Shown here in pieces: positions 45,019 to 63,639 of a stretch of 64,000 nucleotides of DNA. Within the stretch, counting starts at the first letter, position 1, and each line of letters opens with the position of its first letter. The stretch lies in the NCBI RefSeq assembly GCF_009914755.1, contig NC_060928.1; one strand, given 5' to 3'. A program made the translations under genes and the position numbers. The notes beneath the pieces were generated by a model. The model saw nothing but the letters and a program-made list of their open reading frames with translations, ran no database searches and was not told the origin of the DNA. Source of the stretch: the human T2T-CHM13v2.0 reference genome, Homo sapiens.

Positions 45019-46060
45019 TGGTAGAGTATTAGTGCTACTCGCTCATATTTTTAATTATCTTTTATGCACAGGAAAAACTTGCTTTTCCCCATCCATTCAA
45101 GTTTGGGAGTAGCCATGTGACTTGTCTAGACAATGAAGTATTTAAAACCGGTACACAATTCTCCGGTTTCTCTTCCTAGCCATATATATGGCCAAGAAAG
45201 ATAAAATATGGGGAAAAAACTCTCAAAGGGAACAGCCAGAGACCACAGAGAATAGTGGACTGGGGAAGGCTTCCCAGGTAGCAAAATTGTCTAAATAAAA
45301 AATTATCCAAATAGGGACCTGTTGAAATGTATTTTCAGGATGACTTCAGTATTACTATGACTCAGTTACTTCTGCAGGTCTCCCACTCTTTTTCTTTCAA
45401 GATGAGAGTGTTTTTTGTAATGATCCAATCCCCATTTCATGACTGTCTATTGGTTTGGAGCAGAAGATAACTTTATATTTTTAGTTCATTGATCTCTGGA
45501 TCAATAGATCCACATCTAGATTTGATGTAAATATTACTATCCATCACACTCTAATGGAGAGACTACCATACATCACCAAAAAATCCTGGATTTTCAGCTC
45601 AATGATATGTTTGGAGAGGATTTCAAGTTAGTGACCTTTGAGTTAAGAGTGTGTGTATTTGACATGCAGAAAAGAGACTGAACCTAACATCTAACATCTG
45701 GTAACCAGAAGAGTACTCTGCAGTAGACATTAGTACTACTCTCCACCAGTTTTCCTCCCTTTCTAGGCCCATGGAACAATTGCATTTGCCTGTCCCCTTG
45801 CTTTAGCTAATAAAATGAGAATAGAAGTGATATGTGTATTTGCAGGTAGAAGTATTTATAGTACAATTTTACAATTTTTCCCCATCTTGGCAATTGTGGA
45901 AGCAACTGTTAATATGAAGCTGTCATAAGATTAGAGCAAACTGAATCATTAAATCAACATGTGAAATATAGCAACACTGGAGCATTATCTGGTCCCCCTT
46001 GCATGTTAACCTACTGACATTGAGGTTGTTAACACAGCATAACAAAGGTAATCTGATACT
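45019..46060 (+). mobile_element. MLT1 (I/J-like) LTR - internal remnant - LTR
   Basis: Two related LTR starts (GGTAGAGTATTAGTGCTACTC ~45021; AGTAGACATTAGTACTACTC ~45722) with MLT1-int-like sequence between; ends ACACAGCATAAC. Confidence 0.65.
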
Positions 46061-46074
46061 TTAACATAGGCTAA

Positions 46075-46995
46075 AAAGTATTTCTATGTTTTCAATACAC
46101 TGTGCAGCACATATTCAAAAATAATTCATACAAGAAAAGACATCATAAACAAAATCCAGTGGAAACAACAGACAATATAAACAGATCTATGGAATCTCCA
46201 GAGATTATATTAACAAACACAAATTTTAACTATGCTTATTAACTTTTTATTATTAACTCTACCTTAGTTCAATAGTGATTCAGAAACATCCATTTTATAG
46301 CTTTAATCCTATCACATTTTTTGAGAGCTTCTTTATTGCTCAGTGTATAATAAAATTTGTTTAATGTTCTATGTATGTTTGAAAGAAATGCATATTCTAC
46401 AACTGTTGGGCATAGTGTTTTACATATGTTAATTAAGTCAATTTTGTCATACTTTAAAAAATATTCTGCATATTCTTGACTTTTTTCTCTTGTTCTATCA
46501 CTAATGAGATAGAACAAATTGGAAATATAGTGATAAAATCTTCCAGTATGATTTTAGCTTTGTCTATCTCCTCTCATGGTTCTGTTAATTCTTTCTTTTC
46601 TGTATTATAATTTTATTGCCTTTGTTTGAAATTGGAATTAAATTGAAAATTCTATTGATTTCCTTGTTAATTAAATGTTTTGTCATACCAATTGTCTTTT
46701 TCTCCAAAGATATATTAAATAAAGTATACTTTAAGGCAAAAAGTAATATACTTGTAAATAACATGATGCAAAGAAGAAATCACAATGGATATTACAAAAT
46801 ATTTTAAATTAAATACACTTCAAAATACAACATAGAAAAACTTTTAGAATAAGGCCTAAGGTACATTTAATGGGGAATTTATATTTTTAAATTATTAGAA
46901 AATGAGAAATGTTAAATATCAGTGGTCAATAAGTTAGAAAAGGAATAACACTTAAACATGCATAATGTAAAAGGAAAGTAATACAAAATATAAAG
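46075..46995 (+). mobile_element. Ancient L1 relic with an internally inverted endonuclease segment (~46250-46715)
   Basis: Plus-strand L1-like flanks; minus ORF 46269-46517 (DLINICKTL...YAFLS...MFLNH) is endonuclease-like. Confidence 0.65.
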
Positions 46996-47099
46996 TATTC
47001 CCTTCCAGTTACTTATTTCCTGTTATTATAGTTTCCTTTCAGTACAGCCTGTGATCAATAGTGGACTCATTGTGTTTTTTATTCATAAATATCTTCATT

Positions 47100-47330
47100 T
47101 AATAACAATGATGATAATAATTGAGAAATTATGTGCCAGATACTGTATAAAAGTTTGACATGCTATATTTCATTTAATCCTCTGAATAATTCTATGAAGA
47201 AGGAACTATAGTTTTTCCTGTTCTACAAATGAGAAAACTGAAACTTAAACAAAAGTTGTGTAATTTGCCCGAGGTCAAACCAGGTATTCTGACTCCAGAG
47301 CCAGCACTCTCAACCAGAACACTACATACA
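47100..47330 (-). mobile_element. MIR
   Basis: TATGTGCCAGATACTG...TCATTTAATCCTC...ACAAATGAGAAAACTGAAACTTA...CTGACTCCAGAGCC. Confidence 0.85.
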
Positions 47331-48766
47331 TGGCTCCCACTGTCTCTTACACACACACTCATGCATATACACACAAAGCACAGTCAAGAAAGAACCCACT
47401 CTTCCACTCCTCAGATTTCCTAGAGGCCGGCCTGTAGAGATAACTGCCAAAATATAGATGTTTTGTCTACAAGAGCCATCTAGCTATGCCACATATGAGA
47501 TAAATGCCAAACTTTTTGGACTTCTAAAATATATAAATATTTTTGTATGTCTCTAACTCTTTCAATTGTAGAGTCAAAAGAATTGCTAGTAATTTTCTAC
47601 TCCCACAAATGCAGAAAATCCCTTTCACTGTGTAGGATAAACATACTCCTTGTCTGACCAACTCTAAAAACACAAGTTCCTTCCTCAGCAGACCATTTTG
47701 AAATGCTGTTTCTTATAGTTCCCTCTAGCCCAACTCCACTCATGTTACTTGCTTATATTCTCTCATATTTAGTAGGAAGAGGTGTGTTGCAAAAGGATAC
47801 ACCTATGGCAGTAAATCCACATAAAATCTCATTTCCCTTGCAAAGTAATATTTTTATGGCACGTATTTTTGTTCTGGTTACAATAGTAATGCTTGTTCAC
47901 TGAAGAGAACTGGGGAGATCCAAAAAGAATAAAAGGGGAAATGCAGATTACTTTCAAAATCATCACTATAAGGTAGTGTCAACATGTTGACTTATATAGT
48001 TTCAGTAACCTAGAATGGGATATATATGAAAAGGAATAAGAGAAAAACTTTCAGTGGCCAATGAAATATTATTGCTAATTAGCGACCACAGGTACAAAAA
48101 CATATTAAATTGTTTTAATTAACAATTCATTCATAGCTTTCAGTATTTTGGATCTCAAGAACCACCCTTCAGTCTGCTTGTTTCTCTTTGAAGAGTGACT
48201 AACCAAAGTTTATTTTCCACTTGTCCATAAACCACTTAGGATACAGTTCAACTGGCTTGTTTTATATTTATTAGTTATCTTACCAATATTTTCTCTCTCC
48301 AAGGGTATTTCCTAAATTAAATAATCAACCTTGACAATATATTAGAGTAGAACAAATATATGGTGGATAGAGCCAATTTCACTTGACTTTGAGTCTTCCT
48401 AACAATGCAGTGACAGGTATAAATTAAGCATTTAGAAGGTGCATTGCATTAGTCAGTAAAATCATCCATCTAGAGCTTCTCCAGTGACTTACTGTTAAAA
48501 ATTAATCTTTGAAGATTAAGCATTTTTTTCTATCTCTTAGTACAATGCTTTTAAGGTGTAGATTCTAAGTATAAATATATGTATCTTTTGCTGCTAGACC
48601 TATTTCAAAGGGGCTTTACTTAACCTGAAGATGCGTTTAGTCCATAGGGGATACTTATTGGGTAACTGTTCTGTGCCTAACATTATGCAGCAGCAACACA
48701 GGGGGAATCAAAGGCTGTGGTTACGTTTGCACTTAAAGGGTCCTTATAGAAAGTGTACACATGTTC

Positions 48767-49101
<335 letters not shown>

Positions 49102-49719
49102 TTACAAGAAGCTGCTTATATATAGTTTTTTTTCAAGATAAAAAATATGAGCAATATATGCATTCTGATTTTCTTTCAGCCAGACTGACATCTCATATGC
49201 TATGCACAGACTGATGAATAGATAAATATGTATAGGAACATTCCAAGGGTATTCTTGAACTTTTCCCTGGACCCTTCACTCCGTTTCTAACCTGTTCTTA
49301 ATCTTACTCCATCCCATTTGACCCTAAACTCTTGGAAGCATGTGTTTGATCCCACCTCTGGCAATTTAGACTTGGTGTCTGTAATTGGTCTCACTGAAGT
49401 TAGCTTTACAGCTCTTCCTTAGAGATTTTGACTGTCTCCTGGGCAGATTGCCTGAGATAGTATAGCCCATCCTAATCCTAGCTTTTCATAACTTGGCTAA
49501 TACCCCGGCCAAACTGGCCCTGGGACTGTAATGGAACACTGTATCTCTTTTAGAAATCATGACTATTGCACAGTATTCATTTCTCCTGCTCCTTTTTGTG
49601 CTCCATATAGACAAATAAGAGCCTCTGCTTAGAAAAACACCATGAAAATAGTGCATAATAACTTTATGTACTTTTTTAAGTAAAAAGCTAGTTGGAAAAG
49701 TAAAATTTGGAGTTTATTT

Positions 49720-50120
49720 GGTTATTGAAAACGGAGTTCATAAACAGCAATTGACAGTACAGCACTCCTGTTTCATGTTGCATTGCAGTTGTTTTATGGT
49801 ACTGTGCAAAGTCTTACCTTTTCCAAACAAAGAAAATCACCAGGCCTCTCTGCACTTAGTACCAATTAAACTGAGCATATTCAGTTCCATTATCACTGAA
49901 GAAAAGTGAGCCCATTGCTTTTGACAGGGAGCTGGCCCCTTTCTGAGGCCATGTAAGCATGTTGTGCAGCCACCTGTTATAAGAGCCCATAAATTGGCTA
50001 GCAATTATTAACCAGCCTTTCTCCATCAAAGTGCTTAGAATAAGATGGTAATTATGAACAGAAAAGTTAAGAACAGATTGATTATCAGATCTGTTGTCAA
50101 CCACAGGCAATGTCATCATA
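49720..50120. promoter_or_regulatory. Candidate enhancer / conserved non-coding element
   Basis: Repeat-free island with clustered CATAAA/TTTATGG, TGACAG, TAAT, CACCTG and ATCAAAG motifs; sequence-only inference. Confidence 0.35.
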
Positions 50121-50409
50121 CAAAAAATGACATTCAAAAACCATTTCTGTCCTCTCTTTGCATTAATAGGTCTTAGGTTTAAGGACCTCCAGCTTATTTT
50201 CTATAAAACATTTATTCCTATATTGACATTCACCATAGCCTGTAAAGATAGAACACTTGATCTTGTATATCCACTTAAAAATGAGGACACAGAGGCACAA
50301 GAAGTGTTCAACATCTTACTCATCATCAGAATTAAGGAGGCCTGAAAGGAGAAGAAGCAGTCTGGCCCAATGGGAACTGCCATAGTTTTGACACCAGCAA
50401 GATGCAGAT

Positions 50410-50590
50410 TTAACACGTGCTTCGATGTGAACATATTGTGTGACATTGGGCATGTAACCCAAACTCACTAAACCACAGTTTTATCAGTAGCATGGGATTT
50501 TTAAAAACTGTGTCATAACATTGTTGAAAATATTGAATAAAATACCACTGTTTGCACAAAATAAATTATAAATAAATGGTAACTATTCCT
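50410..50590 (+). mobile_element. MIR fragment
   Basis: TGTGTGACATTGGGCATGTAACCCAAACTCACTAAACCACAGTTTTATC. Confidence 0.55.
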
Positions 50591-50984
50591 ATTGAACCTC
50601 TTTTGACGAAAATTGCTTAGAGTCAACCCTAGAAACATCAGTCAGTAGATATGAGTATTGAAGTGGAAAGGAGATACTTTAGCCAGTCAAGGTGAACAAT
50701 TATATCCAGGAAGTATAATGCCCCTGGGGCTGGGAATCATTGAGTATAATTTGGGAGTGAAGGTCAAAATGATTTGTTAAGGACAGATGCAAAGAAGAGT
50801 GCTACATAAAAATGTCTGCAGGAATGATTTTGTGGCTGGAGATGTAACTGAGGATACTTCTCTGGAAAAAAAGACCAGCTTCTTCTATAAATGCTGTCAT
50901 TGACTCAAAATCATCTAGTTTTGTGGAATTTAAAGACGATTATATGATCAAAGGGATTATCTGCTTTCTGCCGAGTGGTTCACA

Positions 50985-51165
50985 TCAATAAATTTATTTA
51001 ATTTCACCACAACTCTGTGAGGCATTACGTCTTTTATACAGAAAAGGAAAGTGAAACTTACAGGGGTTAAATATCCTCTTTATGGTTTTATGGCTCGTTC
51101 AAGTCAGAGACAAGGAAACCCAGGTCTATCTAACTTGAAAACTCAACTTCTTTCCATCCTATCAT
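50985..51165 (-). mobile_element. MIR fragment
   Basis: ATTTAATTTCACCACAACTCTGTGAGG...TTTTATACAGAAAAGGAAAGTGAAACTTA...AACCCAGGTCTATCTAAC. Confidence 0.7.
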
Positions 51166-51221
51166 ATTTTCTCCCCCAAGAATGAGAAACTCACCAACGA
51201 AAAACACATCTATATTCTGGG

Positions 51222-51527
51222 GATTTGTTTTGGTTTGGTTTTTTGAGACAGAGTTTTACTCTGTTGCCTAGGTTGGAGTGTAGTAGTACAATCATGGCTC
51301 ACTGCAGCCTCGACCTCCTGGGCTCAGGCAATCCTCCTGCCTCATCCTCCTGAGTATCTAGGACTACAGGTGTATGCCAGCATTCCCGGCTAATTTTTTG
51401 AACTTTTTTTAGAGACGGGGTCTTGTTATATTGCCCAGGGTGGTCACAAATCCCTGGGCTCAAAAGATCCTCTTGCCTTGGCCTCTCAAAGTGTTGGGAT
51501 TACAGGTGTGAGCCACTGTACCCAGCC
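51222..51527 (-). mobile_element. AluJ
   Basis: GCTCACTGCAGCCTCGACCTCCTGGGCTCA and CTGGGCTCAA are AluJ diagnostics; TSD TA(T/C)ATTCTG. Confidence 0.93.
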
Positions 51528-51591
51528 TACATTCTGTTTAAGAAGGAAACAAGATAAGTAAAAAATGAATGTGTTTCTTCAGGGAATAATT

Positions 51592-51619
51592 CACACACAC
51601 ACATACACACACACACACA
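51592..51619. repeat. (CA)n microsatellite
   Basis: About 14 CA units with one interruption. Confidence 0.9.
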
Positions 51620-52439
51620 TTCAGATATCATAGTATTTACTTACCATACTCCTAAAGAACAGTAGAAGATGGAAAATAAGCTTTTAAACTATAAGAAAAC
51701 AGACGATGGGGCTAAACTTTCAGACATTTATTTATTGTAACTTTGTTGTCATCTTATGATGATAAAGGGGGCAGCTAATGTGTTTCCTATCTAGATGTTT
51801 CTAACGGCTGTGGAGTTACGTTTCTTAAATATTTTTCTCATAAGACATTTTACAATAACATCATCTATCATGAAATTATGAACTATTCATAATATGTATT
51901 CTTATTTTCTTTTCCAAAACAAGTTCAAGGACATTCAGATTTAGATTTTCTCTGAGGAAAAAAAATGAGAAGTGGATTATGCTGTTTTATGCATCTTCCT
52001 AGGAAATTCTTTGCTTCCATTGAAAGAGTTGTAATTCATCACGTAAAAACTATTTATTGAGCAGCTACTCTTTTCAAGTCACTACACTAACCACTACTTG
52101 GAAATAGGGGGAAAAAAGAAGGGGGAAGATGACAGGTTCTTCGTCTTTAATAAATATATAATCTGATTTAAAAGCCAACACAAAGGAATCATCATGACTG
52201 TTAAAGCCATGCCGGAAATAGATTGCTTTTCTCTCCACCAGTGTTTCTGATCCCCTGTCCTGACTTTCCTTCCTCCACTAAGACTAATAATACCTACTAC
52301 CATATAATGTGACATAATGCCTCTATAGGACAGTGCAAAACTTCTGGACAACCTACTCCCTTCCTGATGTTTAGGTATTTTTCAGAGGGGCAATTTTCAA
52401 AGAACACTAATGTCTTCTTTACAGTTTTTTCCAGGCTTT

Positions 52440-52680
52440 TGTGAGCACTTACTGTTCTCCAGGCATTTCTCTAGGAAATTTCACATCCACTATCATACTT
52501 ATTTTCATAGTGTCTTGATATTAATATAATAACCTCCATTTCACAAATGAAGAAATGAATAATCAGATATATGAAATAAGTTGCCCAAGATCATGCCACC
52601 AGCTTATGCTAAAACCAAGATGTAAATATAGGGCTTCAAAAGACATTCTAAGTTCAGTACTTTTTTCACTGCACCACTTT
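52440..52680 (-). mobile_element. MIR
   Basis: GAGCACTTACTGTTCTCCAGGCA...CTCCATTTCACAAATGAAGAAA...TTGCCCAAGATCA. Confidence 0.7.
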
Positions 52681-52705
52681 GTACTTAAGGACAGATAGTT
52701 GGCCT

Positions 52706-53062
52706 TGTGTCCCCAGCTGGGTCCTCCAGGAAGCCCAATACAAGATGGAGATTAGTGACCATGAAAATTATTAGGGAACACTCTCAGAATCAATGCAATT
52801 AGTATTAGGGAAGGAGGCTGGGGGAGATGAACAGTGATGCATTCACAACAAGACCTCACACAACAAGAACTGGCACATTGGCACAGTTTAGGATGTGTGC
52901 TACCTCAGAAGGAGGGTTTAAATCTGTATAAAGTGGCTCTCTTTAGTGAGATAATTCCCAGAGAAGACTAATGGTTGAGAGGTGTCAACTGGCTTCCCAG
53001 CAGCTGGAGGAAAATCCTTTAGTCTTAAATAGGGATTTGGATGGCAAAGAAAAGCATTCACA
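52706..53062 (-). mobile_element. LTR16-like solo LTR
   Basis: GGGTCCTCCAGGAAGC...GATGGAGATTAGTG...TTATTAGGGAACACTCTC...TCCCAGCAGCTGG. Confidence 0.65.
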
Positions 53063-54387
53063 TATTAGAGCTTTTTGCATCCGACTCTCAAACTAATTCT
53101 TGGATCTCTTTCAATTAATTCATCAAACCATTCACCATGGATTTTTCAAAAGCATGCTCAATTAGAGTCTTGGGAATGCAGCAATATTATAATGTGAATT
53201 TTTAGTCTTTATCTAAGTATTCATCACAATGTCCAAGTCCATAAGCTTCCCTCTTAATCAAGGAAGATATACTAGGGATGCCTTGGGTTAGCTGACCCTG
53301 GTGTATCTAAAAAAGACCACCATATTGGATTTCTCACTTTTTGCTTGAAGGCTCTATTTTATGCAAAAATTACTTAATATATAAGCAAATCAAACTGAAA
53401 TTCTGCTATAAACAGTTAAGGCAAAAACCTTTGTATACAGGTTCTCACATTTCATGCAATATTTTGTATTTGTCCACCATTTTAAGATTGCATTACTCCT
53501 TCTGATATACAGTCTCCAATCACCAAGAAGGAGCTGAATATTGTATTTGATGAAATTCCTGACAATCAGTGCTAACCAAAACAAAGATCCTAATCTTTTA
53601 GTAGATATAGAATGAAGATTCCTCCTCCCAATCTATTTCATTATTGTTTAACCCTTATTAGACCCTTATCAAAACAAGTTTAGTAGTCTCCCATGGGAAG
53701 TATTCTGACATTTTAAAGCACTACTGCTTTTTAGTTATTTGGGTGCAAATAAAGATTGTTTTAATTAAGTGATTTTTTTGAGTAGAGGTAATCTATAAAG
53801 AGCTCAGCATTTTTTCCGACTTTCCCTATATTCTCTAAATATGAAATGTTTCAAGTATATTATCTTGGACCCAAATGAATGAAGCTGAGTGAAAACCAGG
53901 TAGCTTCAAGAAATATTTATAATCCTATTGTCCACTACAAATTCCACAAATTGCCCTTCATTATCTCAACAATCTATTTTAATAGTCACAGTGAAATCTT
54001 TGTCTGTACTTGAACGTTTACAATGCATTTATTCATTCCAAAAGTCAGAAATCCTGATTTTTATTCTGTTGATTTTCATATCATCAAAGACTGCTATATA
54101 AGAGTAGTCTCAAAAGTGATGTGTACACAACAAATGTGTGTGTACAGAGTAATGCTGGAAATAAGAAAGTATCAAGATTTTCTTTTGAAAATAATATGTA
54201 GTATATTTAGTATTAGTAACAGCACCTCCTCACTCAGTCCAGAGAACAGACTGGAGAGTGGTAGAGCCAGAGATGGAGGGTTGACTGTAGTGCTCTCATA
54301 TGTTCCATAGCAAGTGCTCAGACAGGTGTATTTACAGATCCTGCCTAGTTTAAACAAAACTAACCCTTGCACAATAGATGAGTGCTT

Positions 54388-54522
54388 TAAAAAGATAACT
54401 ATTGGGTACAGGGCTTAATACCTAGGTAATAAATAATCTGTACAACAAACCCCAGTGACATGAGTTTACCTATGTAACAAACCTTCACATGTACATCCAA
54501 ATCTAAAATAAAAGCTAAAAAG
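54388..54522 (+). mobile_element. Short L1PA (old) 3' end
   Basis: AACTATTGGGTACAGGGCTTAATACCT...ACAAACCCCAGTGACATGAGTTTACCTATGTAACAAACCTTCACATGTAC...AAAATAAAAG. Confidence 0.85.
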
Positions 54523-54559
54523 AGACCAAGCCCTCCCAAAAAAAAAGATTCTTGCAAAG

Positions 54560-55442
54560 AAACAGTTGATTAAAGTTAACGCTAATATTGCAAACTTTTC
54601 TAACATGAAACACATCTTGACAATTTTTTGCAATCTTCAAAATCATGCATCTTAATCCAGTAATTTGTAAATATCCACTCACCATAATGATACATTTTTA
54701 AATACATCTTTTGAGATTCCTTGCTTATCATCAAAGCACAAAAATCTACATACCACTGAGAAACATCTTTTTGCTGTGGCCAAAATGACCAAAACAACAA
54801 AAATAAATTAATATTGGCAATCAACATTCATTCTTCTGCTAGCAAATACTATTTGAAAATGCAGAGAAGCTTTGTTAAAGATTTTAGAAAACAGGTATTG
54901 GAACAAGTTACGCAGCATGGGAGGTTTGTTATACAGTTGGTCAAGGCTCAAACGTTTCTACCATGCTCAGCTTATAGTATTTACTAGATTCTTTTAATGA
55001 TAAAATATACATAAACTATAATTTGTGAGTCATTAAAGGACAGATGTCTTGCAGAAGATATGTTCTCCAAAGTAAATGACTTATTTTTATATCGCTGTAA
55101 TTTATCGAACAAAAAAGTGCTGCATAAATTAACCCCTAGTATAGTAGATACTTTGTCTAGAATTCTGGGAATAGGTCACAGAAATAGTCAAACATATGCA
55201 ATTCAATCACTGCATCATTTGTAGAACAATGCAAGCCATTGCAAAAATGAATTGAAGCAAAATTGTACAAAGTCCTACAGTGTGTCATTCATCAGATCAA
55301 GCTTATTTTTTTAATGACACCTTCAAATAAAAATGTATCTTTATAATAGATGTAATGAAATGTGGAAGGACTATGAAAATCTTTTGTTCCGAAGAGAGGT
55401 TTCCTTGTTGACATGTAGCAAAGCAAATATAAGACTTGCTGA
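54560..55442 (+). mobile_element. hAT-Charlie transposase fossil, upstream part
   Basis: CACTGCATCATT (HCII) at ~55208; ORF 55333 reads CNEMWKDYENLLFRREVSLLTCSK, matching C-EMGS--LL-HTEVRWLSRGK of Charlie/Buster transposases; left boundary uncertain. Confidence 0.7.
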
Positions 55443-61877
<6,435 letters not shown>

Positions 61878-61977
61878 AACTGATATAAAGCAAATTAAAA
61901 TTTGGTGGACTAAGATTTAAAATCTAATACTAAGGAGCATAGATGCAATTTCATCCCAATTATAATGAGAAAAAAAA
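61878..61977 (+). other. Probable L1 3' transduction (~92 bp plus second A-tract)
   Basis: Non-L1 sequence between the L1 A-tail and a second A8 tract followed by the TSD copy AAGAGTTGCAGA (5' copy AAGACTTGCTGA, 55431-55442). Confidence 0.65.
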
Positions 61978-62800
61978 GAGTTGCAGAACTTCAAGACAAC
62001 TTATATTTTTTTCTTTAAAAAAGAGAAGTGTTCCAACTTTGCTTTCCATCTGTAATTTAGAGAGACTGTTGATATAATACAGATATTTAAAACAACACAT
62101 TTATTTTGTCATTTATAGGTAAAGGTAACATTTTTACAATAAATGAGAAAGTAATTGTTTTATGAAAGAAAACTGAGCAATGGAAAGAACATTGAAATTG
62201 AGTATTTGAAATCATTTTCCTCATTATTTCTTTTCCTGAAAATAGTGAGTATCACATAAAAACTCCTACACTCTTAAAAAACTATTAACAGAATCTTGTT
62301 TAAAAAATAATAAAAAAATGCAACACTTCTTCCATTCACTTGCAAGAACAACTGACTTACATCAAGGAGATAGAAATTTACTAGCAGTGTTTTAAAAATC
62401 AAAATCTTGCATAATCCATGAGTAGAAGCTATTGATTTAGTAAGCACAACCAGTGCAAACCACTTGCATTTGCGTTTATGCTTTTCTCTGCAGTAACATC
62501 TTCAGCTATGAAAGCCATTTGAAACATTATTGAAATAAACTAAATAAACTAAACAAAATAGTCACTTTTTGTATTCACAATGGGTTAAACCAGGACTTTT
62601 TTAATGGCGAAGAATATTCATTCACATCACTCTCAAAATATCGTCTTTTGGCACCAATAATGAAATATATTATCTTTAAATTAATGTTTATTCCATCTTT
62701 ATTTTATGTTTAAAATTCATTCCTGTATGTTTTATGGCATATATGTTAGTATTTGTACATTACATATAAATATACATATATTATAGGTGAAAGCATAAAC
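61976..62800 (+). mobile_element. hAT-Charlie transposase fossil, downstream part
   Basis: Resumes KRVAELQDNLYFFL; later LQEQL (~62340) and TCTTCAGCTATGAAAGCCATT (SAMKAI, ~62500) resemble the hAT dimerisation domain; right boundary approximate. Confidence 0.65.
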
Positions 62801-62902
62801 ATTTTTACTGAGAAGTCTGAAATCCAAAAAGATTGGTGATAATGTTTTATTAGTCTTTCTACATTTTCTTTCTGGATGTTCATGTTTTTGACCAGCAGGT
62901 GT

Positions 62903-62955
62903 CAATATCTGGAAGTGTGGCTGCATTTTGCCTCCAGCCACACTTCCAGATATTG
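62903..62955. repeat. Perfect 21-bp inverted repeat with 11-nt loop (pre-miRNA-like hairpin)
   Basis: CAATATCTGGAAGTGTGGCTG (62903-62923) is the exact reverse complement of CAGCCACACTTCCAGATATTG (62935-62955). Confidence 0.95.
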
Positions 62956-63239
62956 GGGACATCTTACCTCACTCAACAGGAAAAGCATTCCGCACTCTTC
63001 CACAAGTTAAAGAAAAGACAATGAATTGACTCTGTTCACTTGGCAAAGCAAAACAAAACAAAAACAGGGAGAGCCTGTTTGCTTGGTCAAAGATAGTGAC
63101 CTGGCAGTGCATTTTTGCATTCATATTTATTAACTGGGTTTTAGGAACAACAGAAGTCTTATTGAACTGCAGGAGATTGCTGAGGGAAAGGGGACACCAG
63201 AACACCATATTTTAAGGCCACCTGATTACTAAGGTGGGC

Positions 63240-63440
63240 TTGTGGGAGTGGAATGAGTATGTGCTATGGAGCAAGAGATACTTGGTTTGCAATCCTATTG
63301 GTAGTGACCTTGTGCAAGTTAATTAATAGCTCACTGCCTCAGGCAACTAATCTATAAAATACACATTATGATGCCCAAAGCACAAGATGACTATAAGGGT
63401 TACGGAAAGTGGTACGAAGAAAGCATCTATCATTCTGAGG
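63240..63440 (+). mobile_element. MIR
   Basis: GTGACCTTGTGCAAGTTAATTAA...TGCCTCAG...ATCTATAAAAT. Confidence 0.65.
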
Positions 63441-63639
63441 TAACTTACAGACTGAATTTAGGAAAATACAAGCACCCTTAAAATAAAGGCTAACAGGATG
63501 ATTTGCTGTTTCCTGCTTTGGATCAAGGGTGAGAGTTCATTCCAGAATCCAGGGCATTATCATGCTCTCTCTTGATCTCTCTGTCTCTCTTGCTGTCTCT
63601 TTCTTTCTCTCTTATATCTATGTCTCTGTCTACACACAT

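Noticed and set aside
53390-53584. Short ORF or terminal-exon-like stretch in unique sequence
   Set aside because: No recognisable protein similarity and no convincing splice partners.
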